Assembly (NCBI GenBank): GCA_035533495.1
Contig: DATLTW010000074.1
Location: 25,006-89,005, forward strand
Reading direction: 5' to 3'
Length of the DNA stretch: 64,000 nt
From: Acidimicrobiales bacterium
GTDB taxonomy: Bacteria > Actinomycetota > Acidimicrobiia > Acidimicrobiales > RAAP-2
Shown: positions 39,623 through 49,935 of the stretch, in pieces
Layout: every line of letters starts with the position of its first letter
How positions within the stretch are numbered: position 1 is the first letter of the stretch
Translations under genes and position numbers: made by a program
Notes under the pieces: model-generated
Seen by the model: the letters and a program-made list of their open reading frames with translations, nothing else
Databases searched by the model: none
Told to the model about the DNA's origin: nothing

Positions 39623-41604
39623 GTGGGCGTCTCGGGTGAGGCGTGCACGCGTATCTCATCAAGCAGGCGTAGAGAGAACGCACTCACGCTCACGCCGCGT
39701 TCGGGGTCGTTGGATCCGCGCGCGTTGACCCCAAGCGTGCCATTGGCGACGTCCTCGTCGCCCACGACCACCACGTAGGGAATCTTTTCGAGCTTGGCCC
39801 TTCGAATACGGGCGCCCAGTGGTTCACTCGCCGCTTCGACGCTGACGCGAACTCCCGCTTGGCGAAGCTGCGCGGCCACCGCGACGGCGTAGTCGTCATG
39901 GTCGTCACGAACACCCAGCACGCGCACCTGTTCGGGACTGAGCCACGTCGGTAAGTTCCCGGCGTAGTGCTCGATCAGAATCGCCATGAAGCGCTCCACC
40001 GAGCCAAAGAGCGCACAGTGAATCATGATCGGGCGTTGACGCGAGTTGTCGGGCGCGACGTACGTAGCGTCGAAATTCTTCGGCTGCTGGAAGTCCAGTT
40101 GAATCGTCGAAATCTGATGCGTGCGGCCGATCGCGTCTCGCGCCTGCACCGAGATCTTCGGGCCGTAGAACGCGCCACCCCCGACGTCGAGCGCCAGATC
40201 GAGTCCCTCGGCCTTGGCCACGGCGGCGAGGGTGGCTTCGGCCTCGGCCCACTCTTCCTCCGTACCGGACGCCTTCATCGGCGGGCGCGTCGAGAGCTCT
40301 AAGTAGAACTCCGTGAGTCCAAAGTCGCGCAGTAAGTCGAGTACGAAGGCCAGGAGGCTCGCCAACTCCTCAGCCATCTGTTCGCGCGTACAAAAGATAT
40401 GCGCGTCGTCTTGGGTCATTCCCCTCACGCGCGTCAGCCCCTGCACGACGCCCGACTTCTCGTAGCGGTACACCGAGCCAAATTCGAACATCCGCAACGG
40501 CAGTTCACGATAACTGCGCTGGCGCGCCTTGAAGATCAAGAGGTGAAACGGGCAGTTCATGGGTTTCAGGTAATAGTGCTGGCCATCATCAAGCACCATC
40601 GGCGGGTACATGCTCTCGGCGAACCACGCGAGGTGACCGGAGGTCTCGAAAAGCTCGGCCTTGGAGATGTGCGGGGAGTACACGAGCTCATAGCCCGACA
40701 CCTCGTGGCGTTGACGCGAATACTCCTCGAGGACGCGTCGAATGATACCGCCCTTGGGATGAAAGACCGCGAGTCCCGGCCCGATCTCACTGGGGAACGA
40801 AAAGAGGTCGAGTTCCTGACCGAGGCGGCGATGATCGCGTTTCTCGGCCTCGGCCAGCTGGGCCAGGTGCGCGGCCAATGCCTCCCTAGACTCCCACGCG
40901 GTTCCATAGATTCGCTGCAGTTGAGGTTGAGTCTCGTCGCCGCGCCAGTACGCGCCCGCGACCCTCGTCAACTCGAAGTAGCCCAGTCGCGACGTACGGG
41001 GCACGTGGGGTCCACGACAGAGATCCACAAAAGGAACGGCGTTCGAATAGACCGAGATCGTGTCGCCGCCAGCGGTTTCGTCAAGGTCCTCCCCACTGGC
41101 GCCTCTCGCTACCGCCTCAATGATCTCAATCTTGAATGGCTGATCCTTAAAGAGCGCCAAGCCTTCGTCGATCGAGTACTCGCTGCGAGTGAAGGGTTGA
41201 TCCTCTTCGACAATCGCCCGCATCTCCGACTCGACGCGAATGAGATCGTCGTCACTGAAATGCTGCGCGTCCGGTAGTTCGAAGTCGTAGTAGAAGCCGT
41301 CTCGAATCGCCGGACCGATGGCGTAATGCGCGCCAGGCCACAGACGCGTGACGGCTTGGGCCAAGACGTGCGCCGAGGAGTGGCGCAACACTTCGCGACC
41401 GTCGTCACTGGCCGGAGTCACAATCGCCACGCGGTCCCCGCTGTGGAGCGACGTCGAGAGATCGGTCAACTGATCATTGACCCGCGCGGCCAGGGCGTCT
41501 TTGGCGAGCCGGGGTCCGATGGCCTTCGCGAGGTCGAGGGCGGTCGACCCCTCTGGCAGGGTTCGAACACTTGCGTCAGGTAACTCAATGCTGAGATCGG
41601 ACAT
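39613..41604 (-). CDS. thrS: Threonine--tRNA ligase
   Basis: RHSSAH, DLCRGPH, RDHR.LG, KPMNCP.H, FYGPK; ATG at 41604. Confidence 0.97.
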   Translation of the reverse strand: MSDLSIELPDASVRTLPEGSTALDLAKAIGPRLAKDALAARVNDQLTDLSTSLHSGDRVAIVTPASDDGREVLRHSSAHVLAQAVTRLWPGAHYAIGPAIRDGFYYDFELPDAQHFSDDDLIRVESEMRAIVEEDQPFTRSEYSIDEGLALFKDQPFKIEIIEAVARGASGEDLDETAGGDTISVYSNAVPFVDLCRGPHVPRTSRLGYFELTRVAGAYWRGDETQPQLQRIYGTAWESREALAAHLAQLAEAEKRDHRRLGQELDLFSFPSEIGPGLAVFHPKGGIIRRVLEEYSRQRHEVSGYELVYSPHISKAELFETSGHLAWFAESMYPPMVLDDGQHYYLKPMNCPFHLLIFKARQRSYRELPLRMFEFGSVYRYEKSGVVQGLTRVRGMTQDDAHIFCTREQMAEELASLLAFVLDLLRDFGLTEFYLELSTRPPMKASGTEEEWAEAEATLAAVAKAEGLDLALDVGGGAFYGPKISVQARDAIGRTHQISTIQLDFQQPKNFDATYVAPDNSRQRPIMIHCALFGSVERFMAILIEHYAGNLPTWLSPEQVRVLGVRDDHDDYAVAVAAQLRQAGVRVSVEAASEPLGARIRRAKLEKIPYVVVVGDEDVANGTLGVNARGSNDPERGVSVSAFSLRLLDEIRVHASPETPTWA

Positions 41605-41620
41605 CGCGGCCTTTCTTCGC

Positions 41621-42742
41621 TTACAGCGTAATGCCGAGCAACGACGCCGCCGAAGCCACACTCGATCCGGCGTGCGCTGCGGCGTCTATCGCGCGAAGCG
41701 CTTCGGGCGTGTTGAGGTCGTCATCGAGCGCGTCGCGCACGTCGTCGAGCACGGACGAAAGGCGCCCGGTCGTCAATGTCGAGCGCCACGTCGCCAGTCT
41801 TGACTGAGCGTGTAGCAACAACTCGTCCCGCCACTCCCAGTCGTCGCGGTAGTACTGATCAAGGAGCGAGAGTCGCACCGCCGCCGGTTCAGAGCGTTGC
41901 ACCAACTCGTGCACGAAGATGAGATTGCCCAGTGATTTACTCATCTTCACGCCGTTGAGCGCCACCAGCCCGGTGTGCATCCAGTGCTTGACGAACGGCG
42001 CGCCGGTGACCGCTTCGCACTGGGCCGCTTCGCACTCGTGATGGGGAAACGCGAGGTCTCGCCCGCCGCCGTGCACGTCGACCGTTTCGCCGAGTTCGCG
42101 TAGGGCTAAAGCGGAACACTCGATGTGCCAGCCGGGACGGCCCGCTCCCCAGCGGGACTCCCACGCCGGCTCGTCCTCGAGTGATGGCTGCCAGAGTACA
42201 AAATCAAGCGGGTCACGTTTGTTCGGATCGCCCGGTCGCCCCCCGTTCGCGGCCGCCAGTTCGAGCATCACTTCTCGTGGCTGGTGGCTGATCTGACCAA
42301 AGCGGGGAAACTTCGACACCTCAAAGTAGACGCTCCCTTCGACTTCGTAGGCGTATCCAAGGTCGAAGGTTTGACCGATCAAGGTAAGTATTTCGGGGAT
42401 CGCGCCCGTGGCGCGAGGTTCGGCGTAGACCGCCAGGAGATTGATGAGTTTCATGTCGCGCTCGAAGGAGACCATCTCTTGCGCGGCGAGGTCGAGGTAG
42501 TTGACCCCGAGCTCACGGGCCTTGCGCAAGATGTCGTCGTCGACGTCGGTGACGTTGCGCACGCAGCGCACTTCATGGCCCCCATCGAGCAGACGGCGCG
42601 TTAAGACGTCAAAGGTGAGATAGACGAAGGCGTGACCGAGGTGCGCCGATTCGTAGGGCGTGATGCCACAGCTATAGAGCGTTACGAGCGGGCCGGCCTC
42701 GAGGGGAAACACGCTCCGACGCGCACTGTCGTAGAGCTGCAT
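41621..42742 (-). CDS. mshC: Cysteine:GlcN-Ins ligase (CysRS paralogue)
   Basis: CGITPY..HLGH, NVTDVDD, GRPGWHIECS, KMSKS; lacks the CysRS anticodon-binding domain. Confidence 0.85.
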   Translation of the reverse strand: MQLYDSARRSVFPLEAGPLVTLYSCGITPYESAHLGHAFVYLTFDVLTRRLLDGGHEVRCVRNVTDVDDDILRKARELGVNYLDLAAQEMVSFERDMKLINLLAVYAEPRATGAIPEILTLIGQTFDLGYAYEVEGSVYFEVSKFPRFGQISHQPREVMLELAAANGGRPGDPNKRDPLDFVLWQPSLEDEPAWESRWGAGRPGWHIECSALALRELGETVDVHGGGRDLAFPHHECEAAQCEAVTGAPFVKHWMHTGLVALNGVKMSKSLGNLIFVHELVQRSEPAAVRLSLLDQYYRDDWEWRDELLLHAQSRLATWRSTLTTGRLSSVLDDVRDALDDDLNTPEALRAIDAAAHAGSSVASAASLLGITL

Positions 42743-43404
42743 CAGTGCTTGAGCCCAGAGAGCTTTACGTAGCTGTACGACTTCTGGCGAAGGTTGATCG
42801 AGATGCACACCGCCGTGAAGGCCTCGACGGCGCTGGCCAGAGACATCGAACCCGCTACTACCGCGTGCAGACCAGGCATCGATTCCACAATCGCGGCGAC
42901 CTCTTGACACGCCTTGGCGTCGTCGGAGCACAGGATCACGTCGGCGTCGAGTTGGCTGTCCAGATCTTGCATCTGTTTTGCCGGAAGATGGTGAAACGCG
43001 GCCACGATCGTGCTCTCGGGCAAGGCGAAGGCCAACTGAGCGGCCATCGAGCCGCGCGAAGGATACAGCGGAAGCACCTCGGTTGCTTCTCTTACGAGTG
43101 CGTTGACCATCGAAATCACGGTCTTGTGAGCGAGCGAATCTCTAAGCGCGCTGACGGTGGCGACCGCGGCGTCCCAGGGCGTGGCGACGATGACGAGTTC
43201 ACAGTCTGCGGCCACCTCGTTGGATGCGCCGCGCACGACGCCGTTACCGCGCGGCAAGAGTGTGGTGGCCGTCATCTCGGCGCGCGCCGCGTCGCGAGAG
43301 CCGAGCATCACGTCAAAGCCCGCGCTCGCGAGACGAATCGCCACGCCACGTCCGGCCGGTCCGGTACCTCCCAAAATGCCCACTGTCGTCATCGTCGTCC
43401 TCAT
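42742..43404 (-). CDS. npdG: NADPH-dependent F420 reductase
   Basis: GGTGPAGRG, GSRD..RA, ATPW, GS.A, AAFH..A. Confidence 0.85.
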   Translation of the reverse strand: MRTTMTTVGILGGTGPAGRGVAIRLASAGFDVMLGSRDAARAEMTATTLLPRGNGVVRGASNEVAADCELVIVATPWDAAVATVSALRDSLAHKTVISMVNALVREATEVLPLYPSRGSMAAQLAFALPESTIVAAFHHLPAKQMQDLDSQLDADVILCSDDAKACQEVAAIVESMPGLHAVVAGSMSLASAVEAFTAVCISINLRQKSYSYVKLSGLKH

Positions 43405-43435
43405 TGCTTAGAAAGCCTAGAAGTACGCTAACAAC

Positions 43436-44215
43436 ATGGCACTCCTCAGCGATCACCGCATTCTGGTCACCGGCGTCTTGACCGACGACTCCCTCGCCTT
43501 TGGCATCGCCCGCCGAGCGCTGGCAGAAGGGGCCACGATCGCTCTCTCGGGCGCCGGACGCGGTACATCCATCACGCGGCGCACCGCGAAAAAATTAGGT
43601 GACGTCGGCGAAGTCATCGAACTCGACGTCACCAGTCCCGAGCAGATTACCGCGGCGGTTAGCGAGATTGAAGCTCGATTCGGGCGCCTCGATGGACTGG
43701 TGCACGCCATTGGCTACGCGCCGCCCAGCTGCCTTGGAAGCGGCATGTTCACGGCGCCCTACGAAGACGTGGCCACCGCGATGCACGTGTCGACCTACTC
43801 CCTGGCGGCCCTCGTGGGTGCTTTCCGTCCGCTCTTACAAAAGAGCACGGCCCTCGGTGGCGCGTCGGTCGTCGCGTTGGACTTTGACGGATCCCGGGCC
43901 TATCCGATGTACGACTGGATGGGCGTGATGAAGGCGGCCCTCGAATCGCTGGGCCGTTACCTAGCGCGCGAAGTGGGCAAGGACAAGATCCGAGTCAACA
44001 TGCTCGCCGCGGGGCCTATCCGCACGGTGGCCGCCAAATCAATCCCGGGTTTTTCGCTCTTTGAGGACTCGTGGGGCGAGCGGGCACCCTTGGGCTGGGA
44101 CGTGCACGATGCCAGCGCCGTCGCCGACACCGCGGTCGCGCTGTTGTCGCCATTGCTGCGCGCCACGACCGCATCGGTCATCCACGTCGACGGCGGCGCC
44201 TACGCGATGGGTTAG
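43436..44215 (+). CDS. fabI: Enoyl-ACP reductase (FabI/InhA type)
   Basis: VTGV.T..S.A, YDWMGVMKAALE (Y-x6-K), AGPIRT.A, APLGWD. Confidence 0.92.
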   Translation: MALLSDHRILVTGVLTDDSLAFGIARRALAEGATIALSGAGRGTSITRRTAKKLGDVGEVIELDVTSPEQITAAVSEIEARFGRLDGLVHAIGYAPPSCLGSGMFTAPYEDVATAMHVSTYSLAALVGAFRPLLQKSTALGGASVVALDFDGSRAYPMYDWMGVMKAALESLGRYLAREVGKDKIRVNMLAAGPIRTVAAKSIPGFSLFEDSWGERAPLGWDVHDASAVADTAVALLSPLLRATTASVIHVDGGAYAMG

Positions 44216-46086
44216 TCCTCTTGACCCGCGAACTGAGTCTCGTAAAGATCGCGGTAGAGGCCGTCGCGAGCGTGTAACTGCGCGTGCGTGCCGCTGGCGA
44301 CGACACGTCCTTCGTCGATCACAAGGATCTGATCGGCGTTTCGAATCGTCGAGAGCCGGTGCGCGATGACCAGCGACGTGCGTTGGCTCATCGTTTCATC
44401 GAGCGCTCTTTGCACCGCCGCCTCACTCTCGGCGTCGAGGTGCGCCGTCGCCTCGTCGAGCACGACGAGGTGGGGGGACTTCAGCAGTAGTCGCGCCAGC
44501 GCGACGCGCTGCTTCTCGCCGCCCGAGAGTCGATAACCCCGTTCCCCAACCACGGTGCTCAGGCCCAGGGGTAAGGTCGCCACGAGGTCTGCGATCTGGG
44601 CCGCGGCCAGCGCCCGCGCGACTTCATCGTCGGTGGCGTCGGGTTTGGCGAACAGCAGATTGGCGCGAAGAGAGTCATGAAAGAGGTGGGCGTCTTGGGT
44701 GACCACGCCCACGGTCGCGTTGAGCGACGCCGTCGTCGCATCGCGCACGTCCACGCCATTGATCGACACTGCTCCGCCGTTGACGTCATAGAGGCGAGAG
44801 ACCAACATGGATATCGTCGTCTTGCCGGCGCCGCTCGGGCCCACGAGAGCCGTCATCGTGCCCGGTTCAACCACGAAACTGACGTCGTGCAGTACCGCGG
44901 TACGCGGAGTGTCCTCGAGTCGCGCCACGGCCTCGAGTGAAGCCAGCGAGACTTCGTCCGCACCCGGGTAGGAAAAATCAACGTGGGAGAACGTCAACTT
45001 CGCCGGGCCCGGCGGAATTGGCCGAGCGTCCGGGCTCTCCTTGATCATCGGTTCGAGGTCGAGCACCTCAAAGAGCCGCTCGAAGCTCACCATGGCCGAC
45101 ATGTAATCGATATTGAGATTGGAGAGCTGCGTGAGGGGCCCGTACAGTCGCCCGAGGTACGCAGTGAGCGCGACGACCGTACCGACGAGCAACACGCCGT
45201 GCACGGCCTCCACTCCACCAAAACCGTAAGCGAAGGCTGTGGCCAGCGACGCGGTCAACGACAACGAGATGAAGAAATAGCGCTGATACATGGCCTGATG
45301 GATGCCAATGTCCCGCACCTGCGCAGCTCGGTGCTCGAATCCCTCGCGCTCTTCCTGGGGACGACCAAAGAGCTTCACGAGCATCGCGCCGGCCACGTTG
45401 AAACGCTCCGACATGACCATATTCATCTCCGCGTTCAACTCCATGCCGCGCTGAAAGAGGGTGCCCAAACGCCGTCCGACCCGGCGCGCCGGTAGGAGGA
45501 AGACCGGGACGAGAATCAACGCCACGAGGGTGATCGGCCAGCTCAGGAGAAACATCACCACGAGAATGATGACCACGAGAATCACGTTGCCCACGACGTT
45601 GGAAAAGAGGTCGGTGAAAGCCTGTTGCGCTCCGATGACGTCATTATTGAGACGACTGATCAGCGCGCCGGTTTGCGTTCTCGAGAAGAACGCAATGGGC
45701 ATCTCTTGAATATGACGGAAGACCTCAGCACGCAGATCGTAAATCAGACCTTCGCCAATTATCGCCGAGATCCGTCGTTCAATCAGCTGGAGTCCCGCAT
45801 CAAAGATGGCGAGAATCGCCGTGAGTACCGCGAGCCCGACGACCAGGTCGGCTCGATGGTTTTTTATCCCCACGTCGATGATCTCGCGCAACAAGAGTGG
45901 CGAGACGGAAGAGATGATGGCATCGACGATGACGACGGTCAAGAAAAATATCAACGCCGGGCGGTAGTGCGCCGCGAACTTCAAGATACGAGGCAGCGTG
46001 CCCTTTTTGAGCCGGTGCTCGAGGATCTTGCGGTCGCGCTGCATCGAACGCATTCCCATTCGCCCGCCGGCGCCGTGCATACTCAT
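44212..46086 (-). CDS. ABC exporter, fused permease + ATPase
   Basis: TM domain plus GPSGAGKT, LSGGEKQR, LDEATAHLD. Confidence 0.95.
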   Translation of the reverse strand: MSMHGAGGRMGMRSMQRDRKILEHRLKKGTLPRILKFAAHYRPALIFFLTVVIVDAIISSVSPLLLREIIDVGIKNHRADLVVGLAVLTAILAIFDAGLQLIERRISAIIGEGLIYDLRAEVFRHIQEMPIAFFSRTQTGALISRLNNDVIGAQQAFTDLFSNVVGNVILVVIILVVMFLLSWPITLVALILVPVFLLPARRVGRRLGTLFQRGMELNAEMNMVMSERFNVAGAMLVKLFGRPQEEREGFEHRAAQVRDIGIHQAMYQRYFFISLSLTASLATAFAYGFGGVEAVHGVLLVGTVVALTAYLGRLYGPLTQLSNLNIDYMSAMVSFERLFEVLDLEPMIKESPDARPIPPGPAKLTFSHVDFSYPGADEVSLASLEAVARLEDTPRTAVLHDVSFVVEPGTMTALVGPSGAGKTTISMLVSRLYDVNGGAVSINGVDVRDATTASLNATVGVVTQDAHLFHDSLRANLLFAKPDATDDEVARALAAAQIADLVATLPLGLSTVVGERGYRLSGGEKQRVALARLLLKSPHLVVLDEATAHLDAESEAAVQRALDETMSQRTSLVIAHRLSTIRNADQILVIDEGRVVASGTHAQLHARDGLYRDLYETQFAGQED

Positions 46087-46203
46087 GTCAACTCTCCCGT
46101 CTAGGCAGTGTAGGAAGACCCACGCCCACGGCGCGCGGAACGATGATGAGTTCGCGAGTGCGGCTTGGGCGACGTCCCACTGAAAACGTGGCCGTAGCCG
46201 ACG

Positions 46204-46857
46204 TTACGAGGTCGCGGCACTGAGCAGAATGATTACGCCCAGGGTCATCATCACGCACGCACCAACTGTTCGCAACACCACCAGGCGCGCCGGAGATCCC
46301 GAGAGCCACTGCCTCGCGGTGCCGGCGATGACACCCCAAGTTGCGTCGCTGCAAAAAGCCATGACGCTAAAGAGCACACCAAAGAGCAGTAGCTGCGACG
46401 TGACGTTCCCCTTGGAGCGATTGACAAAGTGAGGAAAGACCGCCGCGAAAAAGACCAGCGACTTGGGATTCAGTATTCCGACGGTGAATCCCTGGCGAAT
46501 GACGTGGACGTTCTTCGGTCGCTGATTCTCACGCTGGACCATGGCTCGAGCGTGCTCGTGACGTTGGCGCAGCGCGTCGTAGCCGAGCCAGAGCAGATAC
46601 GCGCCTCCGACGAGCTCCAAGACGACGGTGAAGGTCTTGGAGTGCGCCAGGAGGGGGCCCAAACCCACGGCGACAATCACCGAGAGGACCAAGGTGCCAA
46701 TGCTGTTGCCGAGCACGGTCAGCACCGCAACGCCTCGGCCCCAGGCGACGCCGCGCGCCAACGTAAAGAGCACGCTCGGCCCGGGCACGATGATGATCGC
46801 CATCGAGGCCACCACGAACGTCGCGAACTGCCCGCCGCTGATCACGACGAAAACCAC
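46204..46857 (-). CDS. LysE/RhtB-family translocator
   Basis: PGPS, GGAYL.WLG, NPK..FF.A.FP.F. Confidence 0.9.
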   Translation of the reverse strand: MVFVVISGGQFATFVVASMAIIIVPGPSVLFTLARGVAWGRGVAVLTVLGNSIGTLVLSVIVAVGLGPLLAHSKTFTVVLELVGGAYLLWLGYDALRQRHEHARAMVQRENQRPKNVHVIRQGFTVGILNPKSLVFFAAVFPHFVNRSKGNVTSQLLLFGVLFSVMAFCSDATWGVIAGTARQWLSGSPARLVVLRTVGACVMMTLGVIILLSAATS

Positions 46858-47492
46858 GAGACGAGCGATTCGGTCACGCGCAAACTGGCGCCGATGCTAA
46901 AGCCAATGGTCGCCGCAAAAAGGGCGGTTCCCACGCCGACGGTTCCCCCCATCAACCAGCCAACGACGAGTACCGTCACTTCCAGCGTGAGGCGGATGTA
47001 GACCACGCTGACGCCCCAGTGCCGATGCAGACTCGTCATGAGACCGTCGCGTGGACCGGGTCCGAGTCCGGTCGTCAGATAGAGCGCGCTACCAATCCCA
47101 ATGACCATAACGGCGCCGACCACGTAGACGGACTTGAGCCAGTAGGCGTGGGGCACGGCGAGATTCGTCGAGACGAGATCCAAGACATAGGCAATGATGA
47201 TCAAGTTCGCGATCGTGCCAAAACCCGGTCGCTCTCTAAGGGGAAACCACGCGGCCAACACCGCGAGGCTGATGACGGCCGTCGACCAGCCGAGCGACCA
47301 GTGCGTGTGCTTTGCGACGCCTTGGGCGAACACCGTCCACGGGGTCGCCCCCCACTGGGATTGGACCAACAGTCCTTCGCCGAGACCAAAGAGCGAGAGA
47401 CCAAGGATCAGCGGCGGGGCCATTCGAGGACGAATGGTCCAGGGGGTAGCGGCTCGCCACGGCGTCACTGGAATCTTGTGGCTGAGTCTCAT
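46842..47492 (-). CDS. YczE/YitT-family membrane protein
   Basis: G..PW.VF.QG, PG.GT, G.GPRDGLM, GG.VGVGT. Confidence 0.88.
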   Translation of the reverse strand: MRLSHKIPVTPWRAATPWTIRPRMAPPLILGLSLFGLGEGLLVQSQWGATPWTVFAQGVAKHTHWSLGWSTAVISLAVLAAWFPLRERPGFGTIANLIIIAYVLDLVSTNLAVPHAYWLKSVYVVGAVMVIGIGSALYLTTGLGPGPRDGLMTSLHRHWGVSVVYIRLTLEVTVLVVGWLMGGTVGVGTALFAATIGFSIGASLRVTESLVSWFSS

Positions 47493-47578
47493 GGTCGAAG
47501 TAACGCTAGTGGGCCCTCTTTAAACGACTCCCCCTGGTCGAACGTGAGATGGATCTGCACGACGGACTCTCTCGCGAC

Positions 47579-49543
47579 TTAAACCATTTCCCAACGTTGT
47601 CGCGACTCGATCAACTGATTGATGGCCGCGGCGGTCATCGGTCGAGCCAAAAAATAACCCTGACCGCGCTGACAACCCAACGCGCGAAGCTGCGCCAGTT
47701 GACTTTCATTTTCGATTCCCTCTGCGGTCACCGACAGTTTGAGCGCGTGCGCCATGGCCACAATGGCCTCGACGAGCGCCGTGTCCGAGGCGTCGGTGCC
47801 GAGTCCCTTGACGAATCCCTGATCCACCTTCAACTCATCAATGGGGTAACTCTTCAAACGCCCCAACGACGAGAATCCCGTGCCGAAGTCGTCGATCGAG
47901 AGCCGCACACCGAGCGCCTTGAGCTCTGCGAAAGTCCTGCCGAAGTAGTTGACGTCGTCCATCAAGACACTCTCCGTCAACTCAAAACAGAGTCCCGCTC
48001 CCGAAAATTTCGTACGCTCCAAGGTTTTTTGCGTGACTTGGACGATGTCCGCCGCCATCATCTGGAGCACGGAGACGTTCACCGCCACGGTCACGTCGTG
48101 GCCGCCCGCGTGCCATTGCGCCAATTGCGTGCACGCTTGCTCAACGACCCACGCCCCGATCTCATCGATGAGGCCCATCTCTTCAGCGCAGGGAATGAAT
48201 TCCGCCGGCGTCACGGGCCCCAATTCGGGATGATTCCAACGAAGCAGCGCTTCGGCCGACGCCATGAAGCCCGTCGACAGGTCGACGATTGGCTGGTAGT
48301 AGACGGTGAGCTCGCCTCGCTCCAATGCTCGACGCAGTCCGACCATTAAGACGGCTCGCCTCTCGGACTTCCATCGCAGCGATTCATCAAAGTACTCAAT
48401 TCGGTTGCCGTCTTGTTCCTTGCCGCGAGAGACGGCGACCTCCGCGTCACGCAGCAACCCGGTGGCCGTCGATTCATTCGTAGCCATATTGACGCCCAGG
48501 CTCGCCGTGACCAGAAGTTGGTGACCCATGAGTTGGAACGGCTCTCGAATCGATTCGAGGACCAAACGAGCGAGCGTCCCGGTCTCCGATCCGGTGCAGT
48601 CATCACTCACGATGATGAACTCATCGGCGCCTACGCGCGCCAGGGAATCTGCCGGGCGTATCACGGCTATGAGACGTTGCGCGACTTGGCGAAGGAGCTC
48701 ATCGCCAAAATCGTGCCCGAGCGACGAGTTAATTAGTTTGAAGTGGTCGAGATTCAAGGCAACCACGCCCAGGGACGTACCCTGGCGTCGCGTACGGCTT
48801 AGTCCGTTCTCCAAGCGGCTGATCAGCAACGTTCGATTGGCGACGCCGGTGAGCGGGTCGTGCAGACCTTGGAAATCACGCTGCTCGTCGATTTTCTTTT
48901 GATCGGTGAGATCTGGCATTTGGGCGACGTAGTGCAACGGCTCTCCGTCGTCGCCTCGAACGATTGAGACGTACGCAGACGTCCACACGAAAGTGCCGTC
49001 GAAGCGAACAAAGCGCTGTTGGTCGACGAAACCATCTTCCCCCGCTACAACCTGACCAATAACTACTTGCCATTTTTCTACGTCGCCGGGATGGGTGTAG
49101 TCAGTCCACTGATGTCCCAGGATGGCGCTGGCGGGTTGGCCAAAGAGTTGACAGGCGGCCCGATTGACGTGCTGCAAGGTTCCATCAAGACCGATGACGA
49201 TGGTGGCGATTCCCGATTGGTCAAACGTCAAGTCACTGTGAGTGTCTGACGAGTTGCCTTCGACCCCAGAGAGCGACTCGAAGAACGACTCCACCTTGAC
49301 GTCCTGGCCCATCGGTAAGCCCAGGAGACGGTTCGCTTTCATTTCGTAAACGTTTCGACGCCCCTCATGGCGACGAACGAGATACTCGTTCTCCACCAGG
49401 TCGGCCACGATGCCCTGCGCCGTTCGTTCGCTGACTTCGAGAGACGCAGCTATTTCGCGGATGCGAATTCTTTGATTGTTCGCGATGAGCAAGAGCGCGT
49501 TCCCGTGATTCGTGAGAAGGGGATAGTCCAGGATTTTGCTCAT
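47579..49543 (-). CDS. wHTH-PAS-GGDEF(degenerate)-EAL c-di-GMP phosphodiesterase
   Basis: N-terminal LTNH..L...IREIA..L.VSERT..IVADL....GRRN.Y; PAS (THPGD); GADEF; EAL, ELTE, DDFGTG, EGIE, QGY. Confidence 0.9.
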   Translation of the reverse strand: MSKILDYPLLTNHGNALLLIANNQRIRIREIAASLEVSERTAQGIVADLVENEYLVRRHEGRRNVYEMKANRLLGLPMGQDVKVESFFESLSGVEGNSSDTHSDLTFDQSGIATIVIGLDGTLQHVNRAACQLFGQPASAILGHQWTDYTHPGDVEKWQVVIGQVVAGEDGFVDQQRFVRFDGTFVWTSAYVSIVRGDDGEPLHYVAQMPDLTDQKKIDEQRDFQGLHDPLTGVANRTLLISRLENGLSRTRRQGTSLGVVALNLDHFKLINSSLGHDFGDELLRQVAQRLIAVIRPADSLARVGADEFIIVSDDCTGSETGTLARLVLESIREPFQLMGHQLLVTASLGVNMATNESTATGLLRDAEVAVSRGKEQDGNRIEYFDESLRWKSERRAVLMVGLRRALERGELTVYYQPIVDLSTGFMASAEALLRWNHPELGPVTPAEFIPCAEEMGLIDEIGAWVVEQACTQLAQWHAGGHDVTVAVNVSVLQMMAADIVQVTQKTLERTKFSGAGLCFELTESVLMDDVNYFGRTFAELKALGVRLSIDDFGTGFSSLGRLKSYPIDELKVDQGFVKGLGTDASDTALVEAIVAMAHALKLSVTAEGIENESQLAQLRALGCQRGQGYFLARPMTAAAINQLIESRQRWEMV

Positions 49544-49935
49544 AGGATCTTCGCTTTCACGCGCACTTGGTCAATATTAGCGCAAGATTTTGCATTAATG
49601 TAAAAGCAGCGACCCAATACCTGATACAAGTTGCCTATTTTCTTCTGGGTTCTTTTCACTGTTCTTGCACCAGTGGATAATTACGGGTTCGACCCATACA
49701 GCCCCCTAGATAGCTATTTAGCGATTCCGACTCGTCGAATTCCCGACATCAACCGTCTAGAAAGGATCTTCGCGGATTGGTTTAACTGTCCTGGTCTGGG
49801 GAGTGCCAGTAAACGACGCTTTCACTTCCCCAACACGTCAATACTCAGGGTTTACTCAGGAAGAAATCGGGTCCTCAAAGAACTCCGAGGTAGTTTCGAT
49901 AGTGAAGTGTCCCCCAAGATCCTCCGGATGGGAAC

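Noticed and set aside
39990-40030. ThrRS motif-3 variant IHCALFGS instead of IHRA
   Set aside because: The zinc-ligand His is retained and this position varies among ThrRS; no evidence of altered function
41600-41625. T-box or riboswitch leaders before aminoacyl-tRNA synthetase genes
   Set aside because: Intergenic gaps before thrS, hisS, aspS and alaS are too short or overlapping
41621-42742. Cysteine--tRNA ligase call
   Set aside because: CGITPY motif and missing anticodon-binding domain fit MshC better
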